This document shows, one piece after another, positions 10,181 through 18,936 of a DNA stretch of 64,000 nucleotides. The notes below the pieces were generated by a model, which saw nothing but the letters and a program-made list of their open reading frames with translations, did not search any database and was not told the DNA's origin. The first letter of the stretch is position 1; the number at the start of each line of letters is the position of its first letter. The position numbers and the translations under genes were made by a program. This stretch comes from an uncultured Bacteroidales bacterium (lineage in GTDB: Bacteria; Bacteroidota; Bacteroidia; Bacteroidales; F082), in assembly GCA_947303395.1 (NCBI GenBank), contig CAMYYD010000002.1:16142-80141 (forward strand). The letters are read 5' to 3'.

Positions 10181-11200
10181 TTATTTACAAGAGACTTTTG
10201 CTCCGTTGTAAAGTTTCTGGTAACCCACTGTAACAATGGTGTCGCCATATTCAAGTCCATCGCTGACGAGCACTCCGTTTTTCACGAAATCGCTAACCTC
10301 GATGATGCGACGATACGACTTACCGTTTTTGACAGCCCACACCGCCAATCCGTCGGAAACCGTCTGAACACATGATGCCGGCACTATAATTCCAACGAGA
10401 GCTGTGCTGCTGAGACGAATCTTCACAACCATTCCTGGTAATGCGTCTTTTCCGTCAAGGTTAATCTTAGCTTTCACCGAATATGTGTGTCCGAAAGGAT
10501 TGGAAACGATAGACTTGTCGAAAATTGTAACTTCTTCATCGACAACGCCTAAAGCTTGAATCTCGGCGATAGCCTTATCACCTATTTTAATCAATCCAAC
10601 TTCCTTTTCCGGAACGGAGAACTCAACGACCAGGCTGTTCATGTCGATGATATGGCAGAACGCCTCTGACGGACGCATATATTCTCCTGTAACACGATCA
10701 CCCATGCTGATGATGCCGTCCTGAGGAGCGTAAATTGTGCAATCCTCAAGATGTTTGCGTGTGGAAATCTCAGCCTGACGAGCTTTTTCAAGGTCAGTCT
10801 CCATCTGAACCCAGCGCACGTCGCTGATACCGCCTTCCTCGTGAACTTTTTTCAGACGAACATAGCCGTCTTCTGCCTGATTCAACGAAGCCAATGCAGC
10901 ATCGTGCAAACTTTTTGCCGTTGTCTCGTCAACCTTTGCGATGATATTGCCTTTCTTGACCTTCTGTCCGTTGTGGACGTAAATGTCAGTAATGCAGCCG
11001 CCTAAAGGAAACGAAAGCGACATTCTCACTTCACTTTTAATCGTTCCGATATAATTGCGGAAATTAGTGTCGTTAGCGAAGTCGACCGCAGTAACCTGGA
11101 CAGGAATAACCGGGTCATACTTCTGATTTTTATCTGATTTCTCACCACATCCTATCAATAAAATTGATAAAGGAATAAACATCAAATGCTTGAGTTTCAT
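10181..11200 (-). CDS. Efflux RND periplasmic adaptor (membrane fusion protein), operon 1
   Basis: 339 aa with lipoprotein signal LSILLIGCGEK and a lipoyl/hairpin/beta-barrel pattern. Immediately upstream of the RND permease. Confidence 0.9.
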   Translation of the reverse strand: MKLKHLMFIPLSILLIGCGEKSDKNQKYDPVIPVQVTAVDFANDTNFRNYIGTIKSEVRMSLSFPLGGCITDIYVHNGQKVKKGNIIAKVDETTAKSLHDAALASLNQAEDGYVRLKKVHEEGGISDVRWVQMETDLEKARQAEISTRKHLEDCTIYAPQDGIISMGDRVTGEYMRPSEAFCHIIDMNSLVVEFSVPEKEVGLIKIGDKAIAEIQALGVVDEEVTIFDKSIVSNPFGHTYSVKAKINLDGKDALPGMVVKIRLSSTALVGIIVPASCVQTVSDGLAVWAVKNGKSYRRIIEVSDFVKNGVLVSDGLEYGDTIVTVGYQKLYNGAKVSCK

Positions 11201-11227
11201 CGTATTAAATTAAATCTATATCAAAAA

Positions 11228-13357
11228 TTATTCAATTCCCATGTTGTAAAGTATGAAAGCGTAGATATCCGCTTGCTCCTCGATGACCTTAGCCATCGGC
11301 TTACCGCCACCATGACCGGCTTTGCTGTCGATGCGGATAATCTTAGGCTCGTCGCCAGTTTCAGCGGCCTGCAATGTAGCCGCATATTTGAATGAGTGAG
11401 CTGGGACAACACGGTCGTCGTGATCAGCTGTAGTCACCATGATTGCCGGATAATGCACATCAGCACCGCTCTTGATGTTATGCAACGGAGAATAAGCGTA
11501 CAAAGCCTTGAACATCTCTTCGCTATCCTCGCTGGTGCCATAGTCTGATGCCCAGTTCCAACCGATTGTGAACAGATGATAACGCAACATATCCATCACA
11601 CCGACCTGAGGCACAGCCACTTTGAACAGCTCAGGACGCTGGTTGACGACTGCGCCTACCAACAAACCGCCGTTTGAGCCACCGTTGACTGCAAGATAAT
11701 CAGGTGATGTGTATTTCTGATCAATAAGATATTCAGCTGCTGCGATAAAGTCATCAAACACGTTCTGTTTCTGTAACTTAGTGCCTGCAAGATGCCACTC
11801 CTCACCGTATTCGTTACCGCCACGAAGGTTGGCCATTGCATAAACGCCGCCCATCTCGAGGAACGGGATACGATTCACAGAGAAGCCAGGATTAAGAGTG
11901 ATGTTGAATCCGCCGTAACCATAAAGCAAGGTCGGGTTCTTGCCGTCTTTCTTGAGATTTTTCTTGTAAGTCAAGAACATCGGGACGCGTGTGCCGTCTT
12001 TGCTGGTGAAGAACACCTGCTCTGTTGTGTAGTCTTCCGGATTGAAGTCGACATTAGGAGCACGGAACACCTCTGATGTATTTGCTTCAATATCATAGCG
12101 ATAGATTGTAGTTGGGAATGTGAACGAGGTGAAAGCGTAGAAAATCTCAGGTTCCTCGTAGCGGCTGCTGATGCCTGTCGAGCCGAATGTCGGGAACTGA
12201 ATCTCATGCAACATCGTGCCATCGAGATTATAAACGAAAGCATGGTTCGAAGCATCCTGGTCGTAGGTCACAATCATCTTGCCTGCTCCGAGCTGAGCAC
12301 CGACCATCACGTTGTCGCTTTCAGGAATCAAAACCTCCCAGTTTTCAATAGATGCCTTGTTCAAATCATCAACATTTACTACACAAACCATACCTTTCGG
12401 AGCGTTGTAGTTTGTCATGATGTACATCTTTCCGTCGATAATGTCGATTACGTCATACTGGTAATCCATGTTGAAGGCAATCTGCACAAACTCGCCTTTC
12501 GGATCGTTCATGTCGCGAATAAACAAGGTGTGTCCAGCACCCTGACCGCTTTCATACAAGAACATGTAACGCTCTTTCTCATCGACGCTGACGCCGTGGA
12601 AATAACGAGGCTGAGCAGGATTCTCATAGAAAAGCTTGTCATTATCCTGTGGTTCACCGAGTTTATGATAGTAAATCTTATGATTTTCATTGACATTCGA
12701 GAACTCCTTACCTGCAGTCGGTTTGTCGTAAGCGGCATAGAAGAATCCGTCTTTATACCAACTTGCACCAGTGAATTTTGCCCATTCGATATGGTCAGGA
12801 AGCAGTTCTTTTGTTGCGATGTCCATCACATAAATCTCTTGCCAGTCGGAACCGCTACGCTGGATGGTGTAAGCCATATATTTTCCGTCATTCGAAAAAC
12901 TCATTCCGCCAAGCGAAACAGTGCCGTCATCCGACAATTTGTTCGGGTCGAGAAGCACCACAGGATCGCTGTCGAGAGCGTCCTGCATGTAATAGACACT
13001 CTGGTTCTGCAGACCGTCGTTTTTGCTGTAGAAATACTTTCCAAAACGTTTCCACGGAATGCCATACTTCTCATAATCAGCGATTTGCGTCAATCTGTCT
13101 TTCAATTTCGCTCTTAACGGGATATGGCTGAGATACTCGTTTGTGAGAGCTCTTTCGGCTTCAACCCAAGCGTTTGTTTCGGCTGAAGTGTCGTTTTCAA
13201 GCCAACGATATGGGTCAGCGACTTCTGTTCCAAAATAAACATCCACGACATCGTCGCGCTCTGCCTTCGGATATTCTTTGATCTTATAACGTGAATCGCA
13301 AGATGATAACATCGCCATTACACCTATTAATAATAATACTGATTTAAATGCTTTCAT
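11228..13357 (-). CDS. Prolyl oligopeptidase (S9A family serine peptidase), lipoprotein
   Basis: 709 aa with signal MKAFKSVLLLIGVMAMLSSC. N-terminal DPYRWLEN motif, nucleophile elbow GGSNGGLLVGA, then DHDDRV and GHGGGKP near the C-terminus. Confidence 0.93.
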   Translation of the reverse strand: MKAFKSVLLLIGVMAMLSSCDSRYKIKEYPKAERDDVVDVYFGTEVADPYRWLENDTSAETNAWVEAERALTNEYLSHIPLRAKLKDRLTQIADYEKYGIPWKRFGKYFYSKNDGLQNQSVYYMQDALDSDPVVLLDPNKLSDDGTVSLGGMSFSNDGKYMAYTIQRSGSDWQEIYVMDIATKELLPDHIEWAKFTGASWYKDGFFYAAYDKPTAGKEFSNVNENHKIYYHKLGEPQDNDKLFYENPAQPRYFHGVSVDEKERYMFLYESGQGAGHTLFIRDMNDPKGEFVQIAFNMDYQYDVIDIIDGKMYIMTNYNAPKGMVCVVNVDDLNKASIENWEVLIPESDNVMVGAQLGAGKMIVTYDQDASNHAFVYNLDGTMLHEIQFPTFGSTGISSRYEEPEIFYAFTSFTFPTTIYRYDIEANTSEVFRAPNVDFNPEDYTTEQVFFTSKDGTRVPMFLTYKKNLKKDGKNPTLLYGYGGFNITLNPGFSVNRIPFLEMGGVYAMANLRGGNEYGEEWHLAGTKLQKQNVFDDFIAAAEYLIDQKYTSPDYLAVNGGSNGGLLVGAVVNQRPELFKVAVPQVGVMDMLRYHLFTIGWNWASDYGTSEDSEEMFKALYAYSPLHNIKSGADVHYPAIMVTTADHDDRVVPAHSFKYAATLQAAETGDEPKIIRIDSKAGHGGGKPMAKVIEEQADIYAFILYNMGIE

Positions 13358-14910
13358 TATCTCTTTCCTTTCATGATTTCAACAAATGGATTGTAATAGT
13401 TTTCACCTTTTTGTGTAACGCCTTCGAGACCTTTACCGCCGTTCTTCGGACGTTTCACATCACCGAAGATACCTTTTTCGAGAGCGGTGAACAAGCCTTC
13501 TTTCACGATTTCCTCGAGAAGTGCGATTGTGTTGTTAAGCACTAACTTAGCACGCTCACGGCAGATACCGCCTTCACGGAACTGCATCTCTTCGCCGATG
13601 CTGTGCATGTTGTTGAAGATGTATTTCGCGTTCTCAATTGAGAGGTAACGGTCGCTCATGAACGGGGTGTGGATAGCCTCAGTAGGCATACCGAGCAACT
13701 GGATTCCCTGATGTGTCCAGATACCAATCATGTTGAACAGAGCATCCTGGATGTGACCGCGGAAGATGTTACCTGTCATGAACTTGGTCGGAGGCATGTA
13801 TTTCAATGTTGCCTTCGGGAAGATCTCACGTGTCATCTGAGCCTGTGCAAGCTCAAGGAGGAAGCCGTTTTCAAGCATCGGGTCCATCTCAAAAGCGTGA
13901 CCTAAGCCCATCTGCTCTTCTTTCAAACCTGCTGAGAATGCAAGCTGTTCGTTGATAAGGTCTGATGCCAAAACCGTGTGAGCAGCCTCAACAGCGTCAG
14001 CGGTTGTCAGGTAGTTATCCTCACCGGTGTTGATGATAACGCCAGCAAATCCGTTGATGATACGGCTCATGTACTGGTCGATCAATGTACGCTGCATGTT
14101 GATATCACGGAACAAGATACCGTACAAAGCGTCATTCAACATCACGTCCAAGCCTTCGAAAGCACCCATGACAGCGATTTCCGGCATACAGAGACCTGAG
14201 CAGTAGTTACACAGACGGATGTAACGGCCTAGCTCCTCGCCCACCTCGTCCAATGCCTTACGCATGATGCGGAAGTTCTCCTGGGTTGCGAAAGTACCGC
14301 CGAAACCTTCTGTTGTAGCGCCATATGGCACATAGTCGAGCAACGACTGACCAGTAGTACGAATCACAGCGATGACGTCAGCACCCTGACGGGCACCAGC
14401 CTGTGCCTGAACCACGTCTTCATAGATGTTACCGGTTGCCACAATGATATAAAGATATGGCTTCGGACCTTCGCCTATGGTGTTCAGATAATGATCACGT
14501 CTGTCGTGGCGAGCACGAATCTTTCCGACGTTCTCATCGATGACCGGCTGCAATGTTTCAGCAATCTTTTTCTGGTCGCGTGTAACGACTTTTGTGATGT
14601 CGAGCTTGCCTTCTGCCACCTGTTCAGCAATCTGCTGTGGCTTCAAGCCTGTCTGAATCATAGCGTTAGCAATGAAGAACAGCACGCCTTCGCTCAACAC
14701 GCCTTTCTCTTTCAGAGTGTCGACCACCACGTTCGGCAGCGGCACCTGGTTCTCATCCACGCCATCAATGCCCATCAAACGGCTCAGTGTACGCTCAACA
14801 GCTACTGTTGTATACTGTTCAACAAATTCCTGCACCTGGTCAGCAATCTTCTTTGCTAAACCTCTTGCATACTCAACTTTTGTAAAATCAAGACCTAATT
14901 TGCTTGTCAT
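13357..14910 (-). CDS. kamD: Lysine 5,6-aminomutase alpha subunit (KamD)
   Basis: 517 aa, matching the known KamD length (about 516 aa). TIM-barrel-type sequence, in a kamA/kdd/kce/kal operon context. Confidence 0.85.
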   Translation of the reverse strand: MTSKLGLDFTKVEYARGLAKKIADQVQEFVEQYTTVAVERTLSRLMGIDGVDENQVPLPNVVVDTLKEKGVLSEGVLFFIANAMIQTGLKPQQIAEQVAEGKLDITKVVTRDQKKIAETLQPVIDENVGKIRARHDRRDHYLNTIGEGPKPYLYIIVATGNIYEDVVQAQAGARQGADVIAVIRTTGQSLLDYVPYGATTEGFGGTFATQENFRIMRKALDEVGEELGRYIRLCNYCSGLCMPEIAVMGAFEGLDVMLNDALYGILFRDINMQRTLIDQYMSRIINGFAGVIINTGEDNYLTTADAVEAAHTVLASDLINEQLAFSAGLKEEQMGLGHAFEMDPMLENGFLLELAQAQMTREIFPKATLKYMPPTKFMTGNIFRGHIQDALFNMIGIWTHQGIQLLGMPTEAIHTPFMSDRYLSIENAKYIFNNMHSIGEEMQFREGGICRERAKLVLNNTIALLEEIVKEGLFTALEKGIFGDVKRPKNGGKGLEGVTQKGENYYNPFVEIMKGKR

Positions 14911-14927
14911 AGTTTTATATTTTTAAT

Positions 14928-16274
14928 TTATTCTTTTATTTTCAAAATTTCACGGGCTTTTGAAATCCATTCCTTATCTATTCCCAAGCTTTCAGCAATA
15001 TTCAATGCTTCATGAGGAACTTCACCGTCTTTGACTTCAATAAGCTCATAGTTCATTTTGCCGTCTTCGAATCCTTTAACTTTAAGTCTGCGGGAATCAG
15101 TCGGCTCAATATCGTAATGCGTTGTCATGACGAGGCTGACGTTCTCAACCTCAAGCACTTTCACCAACGAAGAAACCAATGCCGTTCCCTCTTTCGGGTT
15201 CGTGGTCCTCGCTGGCTCGTCAATAAGCGCCAATATTTTTCGTTTTCCACGCGATGCCTTAATCACAGCATCGATATTTTTCATTTCCGCCGCAAACGAC
15301 GACAGCCCCTTCTCTATCGACTGCTCATCGCCAATACAGAAATAGATTTCATCTTTCAAATCAATTTTGGCTTTTGTTGCAGGAATGCCAAATCCAAACT
15401 GGAACAGGTACTGGCAAAGCGTCAAGGTCTTCAAAACGACTGTCTTGCCGCCCATGTTGGCACCAGTAATCAAAGTTGGCTTGTTCCAAAAAGCGATTTG
15501 CACAGGCTGGAAATCACGTTTGCGCAACTCGAGCGCCTCTTTCACTTCCGGATTGAACAACCCATCGTATTCCGTCTCGCCATTGTCAGCTATCGTCGGA
15601 AAACAAAGGTTGTATTTTATCATCTGGAACGCCTTGGCAAGGTTTAAGTCGATGAATCCCAAGGCTTTCTGCGCTGCTTCAAACTCATCGGCATATTTCG
15701 AGAGCTGCATCGACAACTTAGCACGAATCTCATCTTCAATGGCAGTCGCCTCGCTGAACAACGCCTCGTCGAAGTCGTCTTTCGCTTTCATCTTTCTGCG
15801 AAGTTCGCTCAACTTCTCGGAATACGAGTCGTAGATGTAAAACGATGCGATCTTCATCCCGTCAGGGTCGAGAATGCTCACCACTTCTTCCAAATTCGGG
15901 ATAAAAATGCTCTCGCCAAGTTGCAAGTTGTCCATCACCACTTGTGTCTCGCCGGCAAGCATCGCCAAATGCTTCACCTCGAAAAGCTCAATGTCATCCA
16001 GAACGTATTTGTTCCTCAGATGGGTAATCGTGCCTCCGATCTCCTTCAGATTGCAGAGTTTAAACTGCAGGTTGTTGATCTGGTTTTGGTTCTCTTTAAC
16101 ATTAACAACATCATAAAACTCCTTTAGTATCTGATAGTTAGTCTGTATTTCCTTAGCATCCGTCGGCATCTCGGTGTCGAGAATCATTCGCCTCGCAAAA
16201 CCCGAATGGGTGTCGAGGTTGTCAATCATATATTTCAGACCGCAAGGTTGCTCTATGAGTTGTTTCAGTCGCAT
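14928..16274 (-). CDS. kamC: MutS-domain-V-type ATPase, putative lysine 5,6-aminomutase reactivase ATPase (KamC-like)
   Basis: 448 aa. Walker A TGANMGGKTVVLKT, the MutS signature region SSFAAEM, and Walker B ILALIDEPARTTNP. There is no mismatch-binding domain. It sits directly upstream of kamD, as in clostridial and fusobacterial kam clusters. Confidence 0.65.
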   Translation of the reverse strand: MRLKQLIEQPCGLKYMIDNLDTHSGFARRMILDTEMPTDAKEIQTNYQILKEFYDVVNVKENQNQINNLQFKLCNLKEIGGTITHLRNKYVLDDIELFEVKHLAMLAGETQVVMDNLQLGESIFIPNLEEVVSILDPDGMKIASFYIYDSYSEKLSELRRKMKAKDDFDEALFSEATAIEDEIRAKLSMQLSKYADEFEAAQKALGFIDLNLAKAFQMIKYNLCFPTIADNGETEYDGLFNPEVKEALELRKRDFQPVQIAFWNKPTLITGANMGGKTVVLKTLTLCQYLFQFGFGIPATKAKIDLKDEIYFCIGDEQSIEKGLSSFAAEMKNIDAVIKASRGKRKILALIDEPARTTNPKEGTALVSSLVKVLEVENVSLVMTTHYDIEPTDSRRLKVKGFEDGKMNYELIEVKDGEVPHEALNIAESLGIDKEWISKAREILKIKE

Positions 16275-17272
16275 TTTTTCAAGTCATAAACCGGAAGATT
16301 AATCGCTTCCGACATTGTTTTACATAGTCTGTCCGAGTCGAGCACCATGCCGTTGGGTGCCGTCGGGTTCACCGTCACAGCGATGAGCTTACTTTTCATC
16401 ATCACACTGATCTTGCCTCCTCCCCTCACAAACGCCTTATATAAAATAGGTGTAAGGAAAACTTTCGTAAAATCAGTCACCACAATCTCCGTCTCCTTAA
16501 AGACCTTCTTCGTCCGAATGTGCTCCATGAAGCCGTCTGTCAGCGCTCCGCTCATATACAGCGTCTTGACATGCTCGATGCCTTCAAGGTTTATTTTTGT
16601 CGATAACGACGATGTCACTTTCAAATCATGCATCTCGTCATTATCGTCAACCGCCCAAACACCTGTGTGTATATCATTGAACCTCAACCGGTTTTCTTCC
16701 GATGTCAAATCAAGGTTTATCATATCCACCACGAATGCCGTCTTTTGCACCAGGTTTGTTATGTTCGCCGAATAGGCCGCTCCTGTTGCCAGAATCATCG
16801 ATTCGCTCGTTGCCGGCGACGCCAGACTCATTCGCGAAAGCGCTCCGTCGATGATAATCAAATCGATGTTGTATTTCTCCATCGACGTCTTCCAACGCCT
16901 CAGACCGAGGTTTGACGACGGGCCTGACAGCAGTATCTTGCCTTTGGTCAGCGCCCTGGCTGTCACTATCCTTCCTAATGAAGTGTTCTCATCGCTCACT
17001 TCAACAAGTTCCGAAACCAATCTTCTCTGCAGATAGTGTTTCTCGCTTGTCCCGAAATATGTGCCTTCTTGTATGGTTATCTCAGGCTTTGCCGTCTTCG
17101 TAACCTGGTCGGTCGTCTCGCCGTCGATACCTATGGAACTCAATCCGATACGCATTCTGTCGAGGGGCAAGCGGCCTAAAACATAGTTTAGACTCACCGT
17201 TTTACCGGTGTTTTTCGCCAGCCCCACGATAGAACAACTTCTGTATTTTATAAGTTCCTCAATAAAAGGCAT
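16265..17272 (-). CDS. kamB: Putative lysine 5,6-aminomutase reactivase partner subunit (KamB-like)
   Basis: 335 aa with a P-loop-like segment VGLAKNTGKT. It overlaps the kamC-like gene by 10 nt. The function is assigned from conserved operon position only. Confidence 0.5.
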   Translation of the reverse strand: MPFIEELIKYRSCSIVGLAKNTGKTVSLNYVLGRLPLDRMRIGLSSIGIDGETTDQVTKTAKPEITIQEGTYFGTSEKHYLQRRLVSELVEVSDENTSLGRIVTARALTKGKILLSGPSSNLGLRRWKTSMEKYNIDLIIIDGALSRMSLASPATSESMILATGAAYSANITNLVQKTAFVVDMINLDLTSEENRLRFNDIHTGVWAVDDNDEMHDLKVTSSLSTKINLEGIEHVKTLYMSGALTDGFMEHIRTKKVFKETEIVVTDFTKVFLTPILYKAFVRGGGKISVMMKSKLIAVTVNPTAPNGMVLDSDRLCKTMSEAINLPVYDLKKCD

Positions 17273-17275
17273 AAC

Positions 17276-17530
17276 TTATTGAACGTCATTAACATCAGTG
17301 TTATTATTTCTATTCTTTTTTCTAAAGAATAAAAGATAAAAAACATAGCATAATAATGCCAAAAGTATTGTTTCAACCAAACTCAAGAAGATGTTGGTCA
17401 TCCAAGTAAACATGAAGAAGTTCGGTTGTGTCTTATAAACAAACGACATCAGTATGTTCACCATCCAAATTACAAGAATCAAGATAAAGATGATCTTCCA
17501 GTTTGATACTTTCTGATAATTCTCGCTCAT
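17276..17530 (-). CDS. Small hydrophobic membrane protein (84 aa) embedded in the kam operon
   Basis: Two or three predicted TM helices (WKIIFILILVIWMVNILMSFVY; MTNIFLSLVETILLALLCYVFYLLFF). Tight spacing: 11 nt after kamA and 3 nt before the kamB-like gene. Very AT-rich. Confidence 0.5.
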   Translation of the reverse strand: MSENYQKVSNWKIIFILILVIWMVNILMSFVYKTQPNFFMFTWMTNIFLSLVETILLALLCYVFYLLFFRKKNRNNNTDVNDVQ

Positions 17531-17541
17531 ACAGCTTATTT

Positions 17542-18837
17542 TTATTTGTTATGTTTTTGTCTCTCGTGACGATAGAGATGAGCCGGTTCGATGTTCATCT
17601 TCTCGCCTTCGAGCAATGTGATGACGCCGTCAACAGGTTTGTTTCTGTCGACTTCTTCCACTCTCTCAGCCTCGAGTCTCTTCTTAAGTGCCTGGCACTC
17701 AGGGCAGTTGCACTCGCTATGATATTCTGCCGGCTCGGTGTAGGTTGTGATAACGCCTTCGAAGTTACGCAGCACCACTCTGCCTGGTGACTGTGAGATG
17801 ACGTACTGTGGCATGACTGGGGTCTTGCCGCCACCGCCTGGAGCATCGACGACGAATGTCGGGACGCAGAATCCTGATGTGTGGCCGCGCAAGCCTTCGA
17901 TAATCTCGATACCCTTCGAAACCGGAGTTCTGAAGTGCTCAAGACCCATCGAAAGGTCGCACTGATAGATATAGTATGGACGTACACGCATCTTCACGAG
18001 TTCGTGTACGAGGTTACGCATCACGAACACGCAGTCGTTGACGCCACGGAGCAACACGCTCTGGTTACCTAATGGGATACCTGCATTTGCCAATCTCTCG
18101 CAAGCTGCGAATGACTCTGGTGTCACCTCGTTCGGGTGGTTGAAGTGTGTGTTGATCCAGATTGGATGATATTTCTTCAGCATGTCGCAGAGCTCAGGAG
18201 TGATACGCTGTGGGCAGACCACAGGTGTACGTGTTCCCAGACGAACTATCTCGACATGTTTAATCTGACGGAGACGACCTATGATGTATTCCAACTTCTT
18301 GTCGCTCACCATCAAGGCGTCGCCGCCCGACAGCAACACGTCGCGGACACATTCTGTCTTCTCGATGTATTCCAATGCTTTCTCGATTCTGTCGGCCGGT
18401 GACTCGTCGTCCTTCTGACCTGCAAAACGACGGCGTGTGCAGTGACGGCAGTACATTGAGCACATATCGGTGATGAGGAACAATACTCTGTCAGGATAAC
18501 GGTGTGTCAATCCCGGGACCGGTGAATCCTCGTCTTCATGCAACGGGTCGAGCAAGTCAGCGCGTGCGATGTGTGTCTCAGCAGCCGTAGGGATGCACTG
18601 ACGGCGGACCGGATCAGCCGGGTCGTCAGGGTTGATGAGGCTCAAGTAATATGGAGTGATAGCCATACGAAGAGTTGAAAGGGTCTTCTTCACACCTTCT
18701 TCCTCGGCTTCAGTCAATTTCACATATTTCTTCAAGTCCTCAAGTGTCTCGATGCGGTTCTTGACCTGCCATTTCCAATCGTTCCACTGCTCATCAGTGA
18801 CGTTCGGAAACATTATTTTTCTTCTTGATTCTCCCAT
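17542..18837 (-). CDS. kamA: L-lysine 2,3-aminomutase (radical SAM)
   Basis: 431 aa, close to the Clostridium subterminale KamA as I recall it: [27 protein letters not shown], radical-SAM [23 protein letters not shown]. An alternative start ([10 protein letters not shown]) lies at 18813. Confidence 0.96.
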   Translation of the reverse strand: MGESRRKIMFPNVTDEQWNDWKWQVKNRIETLEDLKKYVKLTEAEEEGVKKTLSTLRMAITPYYLSLINPDDPADPVRRQCIPTAAETHIARADLLDPLHEDEDSPVPGLTHRYPDRVLFLITDMCSMYCRHCTRRRFAGQKDDESPADRIEKALEYIEKTECVRDVLLSGGDALMVSDKKLEYIIGRLRQIKHVEIVRLGTRTPVVCPQRITPELCDMLKKYHPIWINTHFNHPNEVTPESFAACERLANAGIPLGNQSVLLRGVNDCVFVMRNLVHELVKMRVRPYYIYQCDLSMGLEHFRTPVSKGIEIIEGLRGHTSGFCVPTFVVDAPGGGGKTPVMPQYVISQSPGRVVLRNFEGVITTYTEPAEYHSECNCPECQALKKRLEAERVEEVDRNKPVDGVITLLEGEKMNIEPAHLYRHERQKHNK

Positions 18838-18841
18838 AATA

Positions 18842-18935
18842 TTAGACTTTAGACTCTAGACTTTAGACTTTAGACTTTAGACGATAACCCAAATGGCTAA
18901 GGTCTAAGGTCTAACGTCTAAGGTCTAAGGTCTGG
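18842..18935. repeat. Heptamer tandem-repeat palindrome filling the kdd-kamA spacer
   Basis: Left arm is TTAGACT x6 (18842-18882). Right arm is TAAGGTC x5 (18898-18932, flanked by C18897 and TGG 18933-18935). The arms are inverted complements. My hand pairing of 18848-18882 with 18902-18936 gives 28 Watson-Crick pairs, 5 T:G pairs and 2 mismatches, with a 19-nt loop. Confidence 0.9.
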
Positions 18936-18936
18936 A

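Noticed and set aside
12206-13117. Long antisense ORFs: 303 aa opposite the prolyl oligopeptidase gene; similar cases at 23413-24330 (305 aa, opposite rlmD), 21356-22009, 20458-21120 and 15012-15647.
   Set aside because: Each lies entirely inside a well-supported gene on the other strand. Their composition is odd and low in complexity (rich in H/V/F/R/C) with no recognisable motifs. They are the usual shadow ORFs produced by codon bias.
14928-17272. MutS-like ATPase plus unknown partner as a candidate phage-defence or DNA-repair system.
   Set aside because: The pair is embedded with 3-17 nt gaps inside the kamA-kamD operon, in the position known for the aminomutase reactivase genes. No nuclease, mismatch-binding or other effector domains are visible.
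18842-18936. Possible CRISPR array or minisatellite coding repeat.
   Set aside because: The repeat unit is only 7 nt with no spacers, so it is not CRISPR-like. It contains stop codons in all six frames, so it cannot be coding. I kept it as a palindromic repeat finding instead.
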